From a virus, in the UHGV virus genome UHGV-0011768: a stretch of 50,190 nucleotides of DNA; one strand, 5' to 3'. Made by a program: the position numbers and the translations under genes. Shown piece by piece: positions 16,644 through 24,870 of the stretch (positions are counted from its first letter, which is position 1; each line of letters opens with the position of its first letter). The notes under the pieces were generated by a model, which saw nothing but the letters and a program-made list of their open reading frames with translations, searched no databases and was not told the DNA's origin.

Positions 16644-16653
16644 AGGGACGACC

Positions 16654-17073
16654 ATGGATGCAGACACGTTTCTGACGGCCCATGCCCGCCAGCTCCAGCA
16701 CTGCCCCCGGATGCACCTGACGGCTCTCCGCCTGCCGTGCGGTGAGCGTGAGGAGTGCGTGGCCGGGAGCCGGTGCCCTGTCATCGCCAACGGTGAGCCC
16801 GCTCTGCCCAAGCCTGAGAATGCGCCTTCCCACGGGGCCGCCGTGCTGCGCAAGGCGGTTGTGGACAGCGGTCTGACGCTCAAGGCGTTCTGCCGGGCCC
16901 ACGGCCTTTGCGAGAATACCGTGGGCCAGCACATGCGCGGGGACATGCGGATCAGCCCCTACATGCTGCGCCAGTACGAGCGCAAGCTGGGCATCCCCCG
17001 CAAGGACCTGGAAGACGCCACGGCCCTGAGTGCGCGGGGCATCCACCGCACACCCAGAAAACGGTGCTGGTGA
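16654..17073 (+). CDS. HTH DNA-binding protein (possible CII-like regulator)
   Basis: HTH LTLKAFCRAHGLCENTVGQHMRG. Position after cro/ant. Confidence 0.4.
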   Translation: MDADTFLTAHARQLQHCPRMHLTALRLPCGEREECVAGSRCPVIANGEPALPKPENAPSHGAAVLRKAVVDSGLTLKAFCRAHGLCENTVGQHMRGDMRISPYMLRQYERKLGIPRKDLEDATALSARGIHRTPRKRCW

Positions 17074-17076
17074 CGT

Positions 17077-17280
17077 GTGACCCCGCTCCAGATCGTCCGC
17101 ACCTTCTGGCCCTGCGTTGAGCTGCGCATCGATTACGACAGCAGTCCGGGATGGGAGGGGAAGCTCGTCATCCGTGACCCTGCCTGCCGCCGGGACGTGG
17201 CCGCATGGATCCGGGAACACGAGAGGGAGATCATGGACGAGATGCGGACAGAGGGAAGCCGCACAGGTCGCAGGAAATAG
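17077..17280 (+). CDS. Hypothetical small protein (GTG start)
   Basis: 67 aa ORF in operon context. Confidence 0.3.
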   Translation: MTPLQIVRTFWPCVELRIDYDSSPGWEGKLVIRDPACRRDVAAWIREHEREIMDEMRTEGSRTGRRK

Positions 17281-17402
17281 AAAAGCCCCCTGCGTGAACA
17301 GGGGGCAAACACTTTGTCGAACCACAACGACAAAGAAAGGATAACAGGAGTTAATCATGCACGAAAAAACAGTGGAACGCAAGCTTTTAAGGGGGTGAGG
17401 CG

Positions 17403-18182
17403 ATGAGAGCACGCGACATCAAGCCAGGATTTTACAAAAGCGATCAGCTTGCCGAATGCAGCATGACTGCCCGCCTGCTGTTCCCCGGCCTCTGGATGCT
17501 TGCCGACAGGGAAGGGCGTCTCGAAAATCGCCCCAGGAAGATCAAGGCCGAGATTTTCCCCTTCGATGACGTGGACGTGGCTCCGCTGCTGGTGGAACTG
17601 GAGAATGCGGGGCTGATCCGCACCTACGAGGCGAACGGAACGGCCCTTATCTGGATTCCTCAGTTCAAGCGTCACCAAAGTCCCCACAAAAACGAGAAAA
17701 ACAGCGAGTTGGCCGCACATCCTGACGACCTTTCCGCGACATGCCCGGTGCAGGAACAGGCCAAGGATAGAACAACTCCCGAAAAGGAGGGAACTGCTCC
17801 CGTAATTTCGGGACAAATCCCGCTGACTCCCTCTTCTCTGACTCCCTCTTCACTCTCTCCGAGAGATAATACCCCCCTTACCCCCCACGGGGGGGACGCC
17901 TTCGGCGATGCCGGTGGTTGTTTGGCTGCGGCACAGCCCGATGATGGCGGAAAGCCAAGGGCGCAGCGGAAGAGATTCGTTCCCCCCACGGTGGAGGAGG
18001 TCGCTGCCTACTGTCGCGAACGGCAGAACGGGATCGATCCTGAGGCGTTCGTGGATTTCTACACGGCCAAGGGCTGGCTCGTGGGAAAATCGCCGATGAA
18101 AGACTGGCGCTCAGCAGTGCGAACATGGGAGCACGACAGGAGGAGCCAGACCAGGCAAACGTACCAGATGCCGATAAACTAG
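17403..18182 (+). CDS. Putative replication initiation/organiser protein (N-terminal wHTH, C-terminal FxPPTxEEV...GW domain)
   Basis: N-terminal LFPGLWMLADREGRLE...AGLIRTYE. C-terminal FVPPTVEEVAAYCRERQNGIDPEAFVDFYTAKGWLVG, typical of phage replication proteins. Sits immediately upstream of the primase-helicase. Confidence 0.55.
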   Translation: MRARDIKPGFYKSDQLAECSMTARLLFPGLWMLADREGRLENRPRKIKAEIFPFDDVDVAPLLVELENAGLIRTYEANGTALIWIPQFKRHQSPHKNEKNSELAAHPDDLSATCPVQEQAKDRTTPEKEGTAPVISGQIPLTPSSLTPSSLSPRDNTPLTPHGGDAFGDAGGCLAAAQPDDGGKPRAQRKRFVPPTVEEVAAYCRERQNGIDPEAFVDFYTAKGWLVGKSPMKDWRSAVRTWEHDRRSQTRQTYQMPIN

Positions 18183-18192
18183 GGGGCGGACG

Positions 18193-19887
18193 ATGCAGCA
18201 CGGGAAAAGCCTTGCCGATTACGGCATCAGCATCCGCCCTGGGGAAACGCGGACACAGTGCCCGCATTGCTCCCCCGACCGGACGAAGAAGTACGAGAAG
18301 TGCCTGTCCGTGGATCAGGAGAAGGGCGTGTGGTTCTGTCATCACTGCGGCTGGTGCGGTGGCCTGGGCGGCACACGGGAAGAACAGGAGCATGCCCGGA
18401 AGACGTTCAGCAAGCCGCATTTCGTCGAAAGCGAGGTCACGGACAGGAACGTCATCGCCTGGTTCGCAAAGCGCGGCATCCACCAGCCGACGCTGGCGGC
18501 GTTCCGCATCAAGAGCGGTCGCGCATGGATGCATGGCCCCAACGGCGGGGGGGAATGCCAGACGATCCAGTTCCCGTTCTATCTCGACGGGCAGGTGGTC
18601 AACGTCAAGTACCGCTCGTCGGACAAGCGCTTCCGGCAGGAGAAGGGGGCGCGGAAGTGCCTCTACAACGTGGACATGGCGATGAAGGCCGGTGGTGACA
18701 GGCTCATCATCACCGAGGGCGAGATGGATTGCCTGGCGCTGTACGAGGCCGGATTCCGCGCCGTTGTCAGTGTGCCCGACGGGGCCCCGTCGCCCGATGC
18801 AAAGACCTACGCCAGCAAATTTGACTTCCTGCACGGCATGGAAGAGCTGTTCGAAAAGTTCCGCTGGGTCGTGCTGGCCGTAGACAACGACGCGCCGGGG
18901 AAGAAGCTGGAGGAAGAGCTGTCGCGGCGTATCGGCCTGGACAAGTGCTTGCGCGTGTTCTGGCCGAACGGTTGCAAGGACGCCAACGACGTGCTGGTCA
19001 ATTACGGGCCTGAGGATCTCAACAAGTGCATCCACGCCGCGGCTTTCTTTCCCGTGGACGGGGTGAAGACCGTCGGCGACCTGTGGAGCGACGTTTTCGC
19101 CCTGCATGGACAGCCTGAGCAGCCCGGTGCGGACATCGGCTGGCCTTCAGCCGTCGGGGTCTTCAACGTCGAGCCCGGCCAGATGACTGTCGTCACCGGT
19201 GTCCCGAGCCACGGGAAATCGACCTTCATCGACGCCGTGCGCGTCAACCTGTTCAAGCGGCATGGCTGGCCGTCCGCCGTGTTCTCCCCGGAAAACTGGC
19301 CTGCCCAACGCCACATGGCGGTCCTGGCGGAAATGTATGCGGGCCGGAATTTTCACGAGATGACCGAAGACGAGCTGTATTCCGTCATGGACAGCACGCT
19401 CTCCGGCTTTTTCTTCATCCAGCCGGAGCGAGACGAAGAGATGATGACCGTGGATGCCATCCTCAAGCGGGCGAAAGCCCTCGTCTACCAGTACGGCATC
19501 AAGGTGCTCGTCATCGACCCCTGGAATGAGATCGAGCACGACATGCCGGCCGGACAGCGTGAAGACCAGTACCTGAGCATCCAGCTTGCGAAGATCCGCA
19601 GGTTCGCCCGCGTGAACTCCGTCCACATTTTCCTGATCGCGCACCCGTCGAAGCTGGACAAGGACAAGACAGGCGGCTACCCGCCGCCCACTGCCTACGA
19701 CATCGCCGGTGGCGCCATGTGGCGCAACAAGGCGGACAACATCCTGTGCGTCTACCGGCCTGACATGAAGAGCAGCGAAACGCAGGTCTTTGTGCAGAAG
19801 ATCAGGTTCCGCCGCAATGGGACAGCCGGGGCGATGCTGAGGTTCTCCTTCCACGTCGGGACGTCAACCTATCACGAGAAAAAATGA
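18193..19887 (+). CDS. Bifunctional DNA primase / SF4 replicative helicase (T7 gp4-like)
   Basis: Zn-binding CPHCSPDR...CHHCGWCG. TOPRIM (ITEGEMDCLALYEAGF...VVLAVDNDAPGKK). Helicase Walker A GVPSHGKST and DnaB-like C-terminus. Confidence 0.85.
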   Translation: MQHGKSLADYGISIRPGETRTQCPHCSPDRTKKYEKCLSVDQEKGVWFCHHCGWCGGLGGTREEQEHARKTFSKPHFVESEVTDRNVIAWFAKRGIHQPTLAAFRIKSGRAWMHGPNGGGECQTIQFPFYLDGQVVNVKYRSSDKRFRQEKGARKCLYNVDMAMKAGGDRLIITEGEMDCLALYEAGFRAVVSVPDGAPSPDAKTYASKFDFLHGMEELFEKFRWVVLAVDNDAPGKKLEEELSRRIGLDKCLRVFWPNGCKDANDVLVNYGPEDLNKCIHAAAFFPVDGVKTVGDLWSDVFALHGQPEQPGADIGWPSAVGVFNVEPGQMTVVTGVPSHGKSTFIDAVRVNLFKRHGWPSAVFSPENWPAQRHMAVLAEMYAGRNFHEMTEDELYSVMDSTLSGFFFIQPERDEEMMTVDAILKRAKALVYQYGIKVLVIDPWNEIEHDMPAGQREDQYLSIQLAKIRRFARVNSVHIFLIAHPSKLDKDKTGGYPPPTAYDIAGGAMWRNKADNILCVYRPDMKSSETQVFVQKIRFRRNGTAGAMLRFSFHVGTSTYHEKK

Positions 19888-19983
19888 AGAGCATCCTGAA
19901 AATCATGATCGTTTCTGCAGGGTGTCGTGGCTGGTTGTCGGAACGGATGGCTTCGTACCTTCTGCATCGGTTGGGATTGGTCA

Positions 19984-20589
19984 ATGTTTGAGCCTTGTCG
20001 CCGCTGCGGCCAGTGTGCGGATGAGGCCATAGGCGGCCCGCTGGCCTGTATCGTTTGCGAGAGGGAGGGGAGATATGCCCGGAAAAGGATTCTGGATGAC
20101 GCTCTGGCTCTGCTGGCTGGCAACTGTGCTGGCCGTGTGCTGGGGAGCGGGGAAACTGTGGAGGTGAGCGACTTGAAAAGCCTGACGTACACATTGCCGT
20201 GGCCGCCCTCGGTGAATCACTACTGGCGCCGCGTCCTCATCGGCGGCAAGCCCAGGACGCTGCTCTCGAAAGAGGGCAGGGAGTTTAAGCAGACCGCTGT
20301 GAGGGCTGTCCTGCAGCAGCGACGGGGGCCGTCCGCGCCCTTGTCCGGGCGTCTCGCCATCGCGGTGACGCTCTTCCCGCCCGACAGGCGCCGCTATGAC
20401 TTGGACAACAGGCTCAAGGCCGTCCTGGACAGCCTGACCGAAGCCAGGGTGTGGGAAGACGACCGTCATGTGAAAATCATCCACCTGGAGGAAGGCGGGA
20501 TCGTGAAGGGCGGGGCGTGCCGCGTGTGCATCGCTCCGGCGCCGGATCAGGTGGCGTTGCTGGATGCCTACGGGCAAGGAGGTGAGTAG
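19984..20589 (+). CDS. rusA: RusA-family Holliday junction resolvase with N-terminal Cys-rich extension
   Basis: YTLPWPPSVNHYWR...DLDNRLKAVLDSL...EDDRHV RusA motifs. ATG 19984 chosen; 19927 also possible. Confidence 0.75.
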   Translation: MFEPCRRCGQCADEAIGGPLACIVCEREGRYARKRILDDALALLAGNCAGRVLGSGETVEVSDLKSLTYTLPWPPSVNHYWRRVLIGGKPRTLLSKEGREFKQTAVRAVLQQRRGPSAPLSGRLAIAVTLFPPDRRRYDLDNRLKAVLDSLTEARVWEDDRHVKIIHLEEGGIVKGGACRVCIAPAPDQVALLDAYGQGGE

Positions 20590-20591
20590 GG

Positions 20592-20840
20592 ATGCTGGTG
20601 GAAGTGCGGGTCAAAATGGAGGGCGGTCTTTTGAAGACCCTGGAGAAAACCAAGGAAGGGCTGGCCAGGGCCTTTCCGTTGTTCAAAGGCCTCTCCCGGG
20701 AAGAGCTGGCCGTGCATCACGCCGGGATACTCGTCACCAACAAAGGCCAGCGCACTGTCTGGCTGCGGTATCACGTCATGCCGGACGGGGACACTGTGGA
20801 TACTGCCAAAAAGCCGCAACGCATCCTGTGGGCGAAGTAG
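20592..20840 (+). CDS. Hypothetical protein
   Basis: 82 aa ORF contiguous with rusA. Confidence 0.35.
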   Translation: MLVEVRVKMEGGLLKTLEKTKEGLARAFPLFKGLSREELAVHHAGILVTNKGQRTVWLRYHVMPDGDTVDTAKKPQRILWAK

Positions 20841-20850
20841 GGGGGAGATC

Positions 20851-21057
20851 ATGCCTGATAATCGTATCCAGGGCTGGAAGGCCATTTGTGACTATCTGGG
20901 CCAGTCCGCCTACCGTATCCGGCGCCAGTGCTATCCGGTCTATCACATGCCCGAATCCAGGCTGGTGTGGGCTGTCCCGGAAGAATTGGACGCCCACACG
21001 GCCCGGCTGTTCACTCGGTGTCGGGAGAAGGTTGAGCGGCAAGGTGTGCCCGGATAA
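20851..21057 (+). CDS. Hypothetical small protein (possible DNA-binding)
   Basis: 68 aa. Convergent 47-nt overlap with 21011..21721. Confidence 0.35.
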   Translation: MPDNRIQGWKAICDYLGQSAYRIRRQCYPVYHMPESRLVWAVPEELDAHTARLFTRCREKVERQGVPG

Positions 21058-21721
21058 TGCGGGCCGCAAGTTTGTTCGCGCTGATCCCATAACGTTTGGC
21101 TTCTTGCCCCAACTCCTCCCATTCGACTGCGGCCAAAGTGACGCTGCGGTTGATGGCGTCCTCTCGGGTGCTATTCTCTCCACCCTTTTTTCGTCCAGCT
21201 CCGGGGCGCGCCCCGCCCCGGGGATCTTTTTTGGCTTTATCCTGCATCCTCCGCTCCTTCCTCCTGGCCTCAGATTTGACAAGAGACAAGCGCCTCCCCT
21301 CGCGTCTGCACGCCTCAGAGCAATAACTGTTTTTCCCGTGGGCCTGGTAGGCTGCCCCGCAAATGGGGCAGATGCGCTCTCCTTTGCGCCGCTTTGCATT
21401 GCGCAAGGGATTTATCGCATCCTTATGCTCGGCGTAGTAGGCCATCCCTTGTGCGCTATCGACGGCTTTGACGGCATCCGGGGCACACGCCGGGCAGTAC
21501 CGTTGGTTCGGCCCGGTGACAGTGTATGGCGCGCCACAGACGGCACAGCTATCCGTGCTGCCAAGCTCTCTCACATCCCCCGCCCTTTTGCGGGCCTTGT
21601 ACGCTGCCGACTGTTTTTTTCGCCTCTCCAAGCGGCACTGGGGGCAATACCATGCGCGTGGGCCGCCCAGAAATGAGCGGCCACATGCGCGGCAGGTGCG
21701 TTGCTTCAACGGGCACCCCAT
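21011..21721 (-). CDS. Triple zinc-ribbon repeat protein with basic region and C-terminal HTH
   Basis: Three tandem C-x2-CG-x-x-Y...YC-x2-C units (CRACG..YCPQC / CAVCGAPY..YCPAC / CPICGAAY..YCSEAC), then Lys/Arg-rich segment and ISANKLAARIIRAHLA HTH. Confidence 0.5.
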   Translation of the reverse strand: MGCPLKQRTCRACGRSFLGGPRAWYCPQCRLERRKKQSAAYKARKRAGDVRELGSTDSCAVCGAPYTVTGPNQRYCPACAPDAVKAVDSAQGMAYYAEHKDAINPLRNAKRRKGERICPICGAAYQAHGKNSYCSEACRREGRRLSLVKSEARRKERRMQDKAKKDPRGGARPGAGRKKGGENSTREDAINRSVTLAAVEWEELGQEAKRYGISANKLAARIIRAHLAAQPSPDTE

Positions 21722-21725
21722 ACCG

Positions 21726-21941
21726 TTATCCGATGATCAGGTCTTCGGGGGCCAGCTCCAGATAGCGGCGCAGGAATGCCAGGTTGGTGCAGGGGGCCAG
21801 CTCACTGTGAACGGCTTCGCGGGTCTCGGCGTCCATGACCTCGACAATGGCGTCCCAGAGGGTACGGTCGTCAATGGTGGGCATGGCTTCGTCGGCGCTC
21901 ATGTAGGAGCTGCCATTGTTCAGGCTGATTTCCTTGCTCAT
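21726..21941 (-). CDS. Hypothetical acidic small protein
   Basis: 71 aa, middle gene of minus-strand cassette. Confidence 0.4.
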   Translation of the reverse strand: MSKEISLNNGSSYMSADEAMPTIDDRTLWDAIVEVMDAETREAVHSELAPCTNLAFLRRYLELAPEDLIIG

Positions 21942-21957
21942 TTTTTACTCCTTGTTG

Positions 21958-22326
21958 TTACAGGGCCACGGTCACGCGGCCGGTGGTGATCTTGAGGTTA
22001 TAGGGGGCGAGGAAGGCTTCCATTTCCTCGATGTATTCGGAGGACATATAGCCCTTGCCGATGTTGACGGTCAGCTTGTCGTCATCGACGCGGGCCCAGG
22101 TCTTCTTGTCACCGGCATAGTTCCAACTGCGGTGCTGGAAGACCACGAAGCCCTTTTCGTTGGTGATGATCCGGGGCTTGTTAGATTCGGCCTTGATTTC
22201 GGCCCAAGCTTGGCGGAGACATTCGCCGAAGATGATCTCGGAGGCCTTGCAGTCAAAGCGGGCGGCAGCGGCGCGGCGGATGGCGTGGGCAAGCATCATA
22301 ACTCGGCGGGTGATGGTGGTCTTCAT
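21958..22326 (-). CDS. Hypothetical basic protein, first gene of cargo cassette
   Basis: 122 aa. AAGGGAGG RBS. Directly downstream of a consensus promoter. Confidence 0.5.
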   Translation of the reverse strand: MKTTITRRVMMLAHAIRRAAAARFDCKASEIIFGECLRQAWAEIKAESNKPRIITNEKGFVVFQHRSWNYAGDKKTWARVDDDKLTVNIGKGYMSSEYIEEMEAFLAPYNLKITTGRVTVAL

Positions 22327-22352
22327 GGTCTTTCCTCCCTTTCGTTAAATAC

Positions 22353-22399
22353 AATATATCTACCATTTTGAAAAATGTCAACTATTTTTTTCAAAATAG
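22353..22399 (-). promoter_or_regulatory. Near-consensus sigma70 promoter (TTGACA-17-TATATT) flanked by palindromes, driving 22326..21011
   Basis: Minus strand -35 TTGACA (plus 22376-22381), 17-nt spacer, -10 TATATT (plus 22353-22358). Inverted repeats TTTTGAAAAA (22366-75) / TTTTTCAAAA (22387-96) and CTATTTT/AAAATAG (22382-99) bracket the -35. Confidence 0.6.
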
Positions 22400-22405
22400 A
22401 CCATA

Positions 22406-22454
22406 TTTTTTTTTCTTCCCTTCCCCTCGCTTCCCTTCCTTTTCCTTCGCTTCA
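22406..22454 (+). repeat. Polypyrimidine (CT) tract
   Basis: About 50 nt of almost pure T/C (TTTTTTTTTCTTCCCTTCCCCTCGCTTCCCTTCCTTTTCCTTCGCTTC) between divergent units. Confidence 0.8.
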
Positions 22455-22525
22455 CGAATTTTTCCAATTAAGACAAAATCTTCCGAGTGTGCTACGATGG
22501 TCTCAAATTTATCAGGAGACCACCC

Positions 22526-23098
22526 ATGCCCAGAATCCCCTACCGCAAAGTACCCGGCAAGATCGTGGCAGGCGCGGCTCTCGTGGCCCTGCTGGGGGTT
22601 CGTGCCGCTACTCTGACTGTCGAGCAGGTGGCCGAGTTCGAGGGCTATGTGCCCCAGGCCTATCAGGATCCCGTGGGCATCTGGACGAAGTGTTGGGGCG
22701 ATACCACGGACGTGACGCCAGGGCAGACCTACACTTTCGACCAGTGCGTGCGCTCCCTGAACCGACAGGTGTTGGCCCATGCCAAGCCCGTCATGGAATG
22801 CGTCCCGGAACTTGAGCATCAGGACGATCTGGTCAAGGCGGCGTTCGTCAGCATGGCCTACAACATCGGGACTAACGGCTTTTGCAAGTCCACTGTGGCT
22901 CGTTATGCCAATGCCGGGGACTGGGAACGGGCCTGCAAGCGCATGGCCGAGATCTACAAGACGGCCAAAGGACAGGAGCTTCCGGGGCTCGTGAAGCGTC
23001 GCAAGCTGGAATCCGAGCTGTGCTTGGAAGGGGTGCGGGGGAAGGTTTTGCTTGAGGCGAACAGCGGGCCTAACTGGCAGCGCAGGGAGGTGCGGTAA
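22526..23098 (+). CDS. SAR endolysin (GH24 T4-lysozyme-like muramidase with signal-anchor-release N-terminus)
   Basis: N-terminal Gly/Ala-rich weak TM (KIVAGAALVALLGVRAA), then E...GYVPQAYQDPVGIWTKCWGDT catalytic motif. AGGAGA RBS. Confidence 0.8.
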   Translation: MPRIPYRKVPGKIVAGAALVALLGVRAATLTVEQVAEFEGYVPQAYQDPVGIWTKCWGDTTDVTPGQTYTFDQCVRSLNRQVLAHAKPVMECVPELEHQDDLVKAAFVSMAYNIGTNGFCKSTVARYANAGDWERACKRMAEIYKTAKGQELPGLVKRRKLESELCLEGVRGKVLLEANSGPNWQRREVR

Positions 23099-23403
23099 TG
23101 TGGGCCTTCCTGACCAAACTCCTGCCGTTCCTGGCTCCGCTGCTGGACAAGCTCTGGCCGTCCACACGCGCCGATGAACTGCGGGCCGAGGCGGAGCTCG
23201 AAGAGGCCCGCGCTTTCTCCCGTGGCCGCGTCGCCCCCCGTTATGTCGCAGGCTATGTGGGGGTCATCCTGCTGTCCCTCTTTGGGCTGGCCGTTCTGGT
23301 GGACGCCATAGTGCCGGGGCTCATCCCCGGCAATCCTCTGGCGGCTATGCGTGATTTCTCGGCGGCTGGCGCTGACTGGCTCGCGTCGGTCATGGATTTT
23401 TAG
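23098..23403 (+). CDS. Membrane protein, candidate (pin)holin or spanin
   Basis: 101 aa. Hydrophobic segments LLPFLAPLL and VGVILLSLFGLAVLV. Immediately after the endolysin. Confidence 0.45.
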   Translation: MWAFLTKLLPFLAPLLDKLWPSTRADELRAEAELEEARAFSRGRVAPRYVAGYVGVILLSLFGLAVLVDAIVPGLIPGNPLAAMRDFSAAGADWLASVMDF

Positions 23404-23411
23404 GAGAGGGC

Positions 23412-23639
23412 ATGGACGACAGGGATATTGTTCGCGAGATCGGCGAGGTGAAAGCCGGAATATCAGGTTTACAGGCGGAGGTTTCGGGGCTGCGTGAACG
23501 CATAGACGATATCGTAGTCACCCAGCTCCGCGATCACGGGAAGCGCATAGCTATCCTGGAGCGTCGGCAGGCATGGCAAATCGGCTGGATGGCCGGTGCC
23601 GGTGCCGTTGGCGCGGCTTTGGGAAAGTTTTTTTTGTAG
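23412..23639 (+). CDS. Coiled-coil protein with C-terminal TM anchor (lysis-associated?)
   Basis: 75 aa. Heptad-like N-terminus, C-terminal WMAGAGAVGAALGKFFL. Confidence 0.4.
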   Translation: MDDRDIVREIGEVKAGISGLQAEVSGLRERIDDIVVTQLRDHGKRIAILERRQAWQIGWMAGAGAVGAALGKFFL

Positions 23640-23778
23640 AGAGCCACGCGGCGGCACGCCCCCCGGCCGCCGATCGCTCTGGGAAATCGTGGGGCTAGGC
23701 CGACGGGCCGAAAGGGCGGCATCTCGCACCGCCTTGCCCCACACAAAACATGCGAGGCCATAAGCGAGATCGGCATGA

Positions 23779-24213
23779 ATGACGAACAGCTACGCGATAA
23801 TCCGTGCCATTGCGAAAGTCGAGGGGATGACACCGGCGGAACGGTGGGCCGGTGCAATGATTGCCGTGCACCTGGATACGAAGCGGAACCAGATCAGGGT
23901 CAGGCAAAGCCTGATCGCCGAAGAATCCGGCTTGAAGGAACGGTGTGTGCGCGGCGCGGTGGCAAAAATGGTGGCCGCAGGGATCTTTCGGAAGGTCAGA
24001 ACGCAAAAGGGGCTGGTGCTTGTCCCGACGCTCGTGGATCAGGGGACGCTTGTAAAAGAGTCTGTAATATATCCACCGGCACGCTCATGCCGGTCGGACC
24101 GGCACGTACATGCCGGTCGGAAAGGAGAAGCCCCCTGGGAATACGACCTCGAACTGAGCAGCAGGCCGGAAGAGGAATACAAGCGGCAGGAAGCACGGTT
24201 CGCGCAGGAGTGA
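23779..24213 (+). CDS. Winged-HTH DNA-binding protein upstream of terminase
   Basis: wHTH (QSLIAEESGLKERCVRGAVAKMVAAGIF). Contains the tandem palindromic repeats at 24076-24121. Confidence 0.5.
   Translation: MTNSYAIIRAIAKVEGMTPAERWAGAMIAVHLDTKRNQIRVRQSLIAEESGLKERCVRGAVAKMVAAGIFRKVRTQKGLVLVPTLVDQGTLVKESVIYPPARSCRSDRHVHAGRKGEAPWEYDLELSSRPEEEYKRQEARFAQE
24076..24121 (+). repeat. Two adjacent 23-bp direct repeats, each an 18-bp palindrome CCGGCACGnnCATGCCGG
   Basis: CCGGCACGCTCATGCCGGTCGGA / CCGGCACGTACATGCCGGTCGGA, differing at 2 positions. Lies inside the 3' part of the wHTH ORF, 210 bp upstream of terS. Confidence 0.85.
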
Positions 24214-24333
24214 CCACCTACTGCCCCACATCATGCCCCTATCTGGGCAAGAACGGCTGCAAGGTGGCCTGCGGAAATGAGGAAATCGAATGTCCGGTGA
24301 TGGCCGGGGTGATGAAGGCTGAGGAGGCCAAGG

Positions 24334-24840
24334 ATGCCAAAACTGACGGATAAGCAGACCGCGTTCGTGCGGGAATACCTGGTGGATTTGAACGCCACGC
24401 AGGCTGCTATCCGTGCAGGATACAGCGAGCGGACGGCCAGCAGGATAGGCCCGCAGCTGCTTGGAAAAACTTGTGTCCGTGAGGCCATCGAGAAGGCCCA
24501 GGCCAAACGGGCTCGGCGCGTAGAAGTCACGCAGGATTATGTCCTCTCAAATCTGGTCGAGATTGTGGAGCGCACCATGCAGCGTGCGCCGGTTCTGGAC
24601 CGCAAGGGCGAGCAGGTTACGGATGAAGAGGGCCGGGCCGTGTGGACGTTCGACGCCAAGGGGGCAAACCGCGCGCTGGAACTGCTGGGCAAGCATCTGG
24701 GCATCTTTACGGACAAGATAAGGGCAGAAGTATCGGGCCCGGACGGTGGGCCGGTGCAATCGTCCATGACCTTGGACATCAGCGGCATGGGGCCTGCTGA
24801 AATCGCAGAGCTGGCACGCAGCGCTTTCCGGGGGGAATAG
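24334..24840 (+). CDS. terS: Terminase small subunit (P27 / Terminase_2 family)
   Basis: LTDKQTAFVREYLVDLNATQAAIRAGYSERTA signature. Confidence 0.85.
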   Translation: MPKLTDKQTAFVREYLVDLNATQAAIRAGYSERTASRIGPQLLGKTCVREAIEKAQAKRARRVEVTQDYVLSNLVEIVERTMQRAPVLDRKGEQVTDEEGRAVWTFDAKGANRALELLGKHLGIFTDKIRAEVSGPDGGPVQSSMTLDISGMGPAEIAELARSAFRGE

Positions 24841-24870
24841 ATACAACTGACACAGAGCCAGCTCCATGCG

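Noticed and set aside
17878-19107. 409-aa minus-strand ORF
   Set aside because: Antisense to the primase-helicase gene, whose motifs are unambiguous.
20564-21676. 370-aa plus-strand ORF overlapping the zinc-ribbon gene
   Set aside because: No protein-like features. The minus-strand reading shows a thrice-repeated CxxC ribbon pattern and an HTH, so the plus ORF is taken as the shadow.
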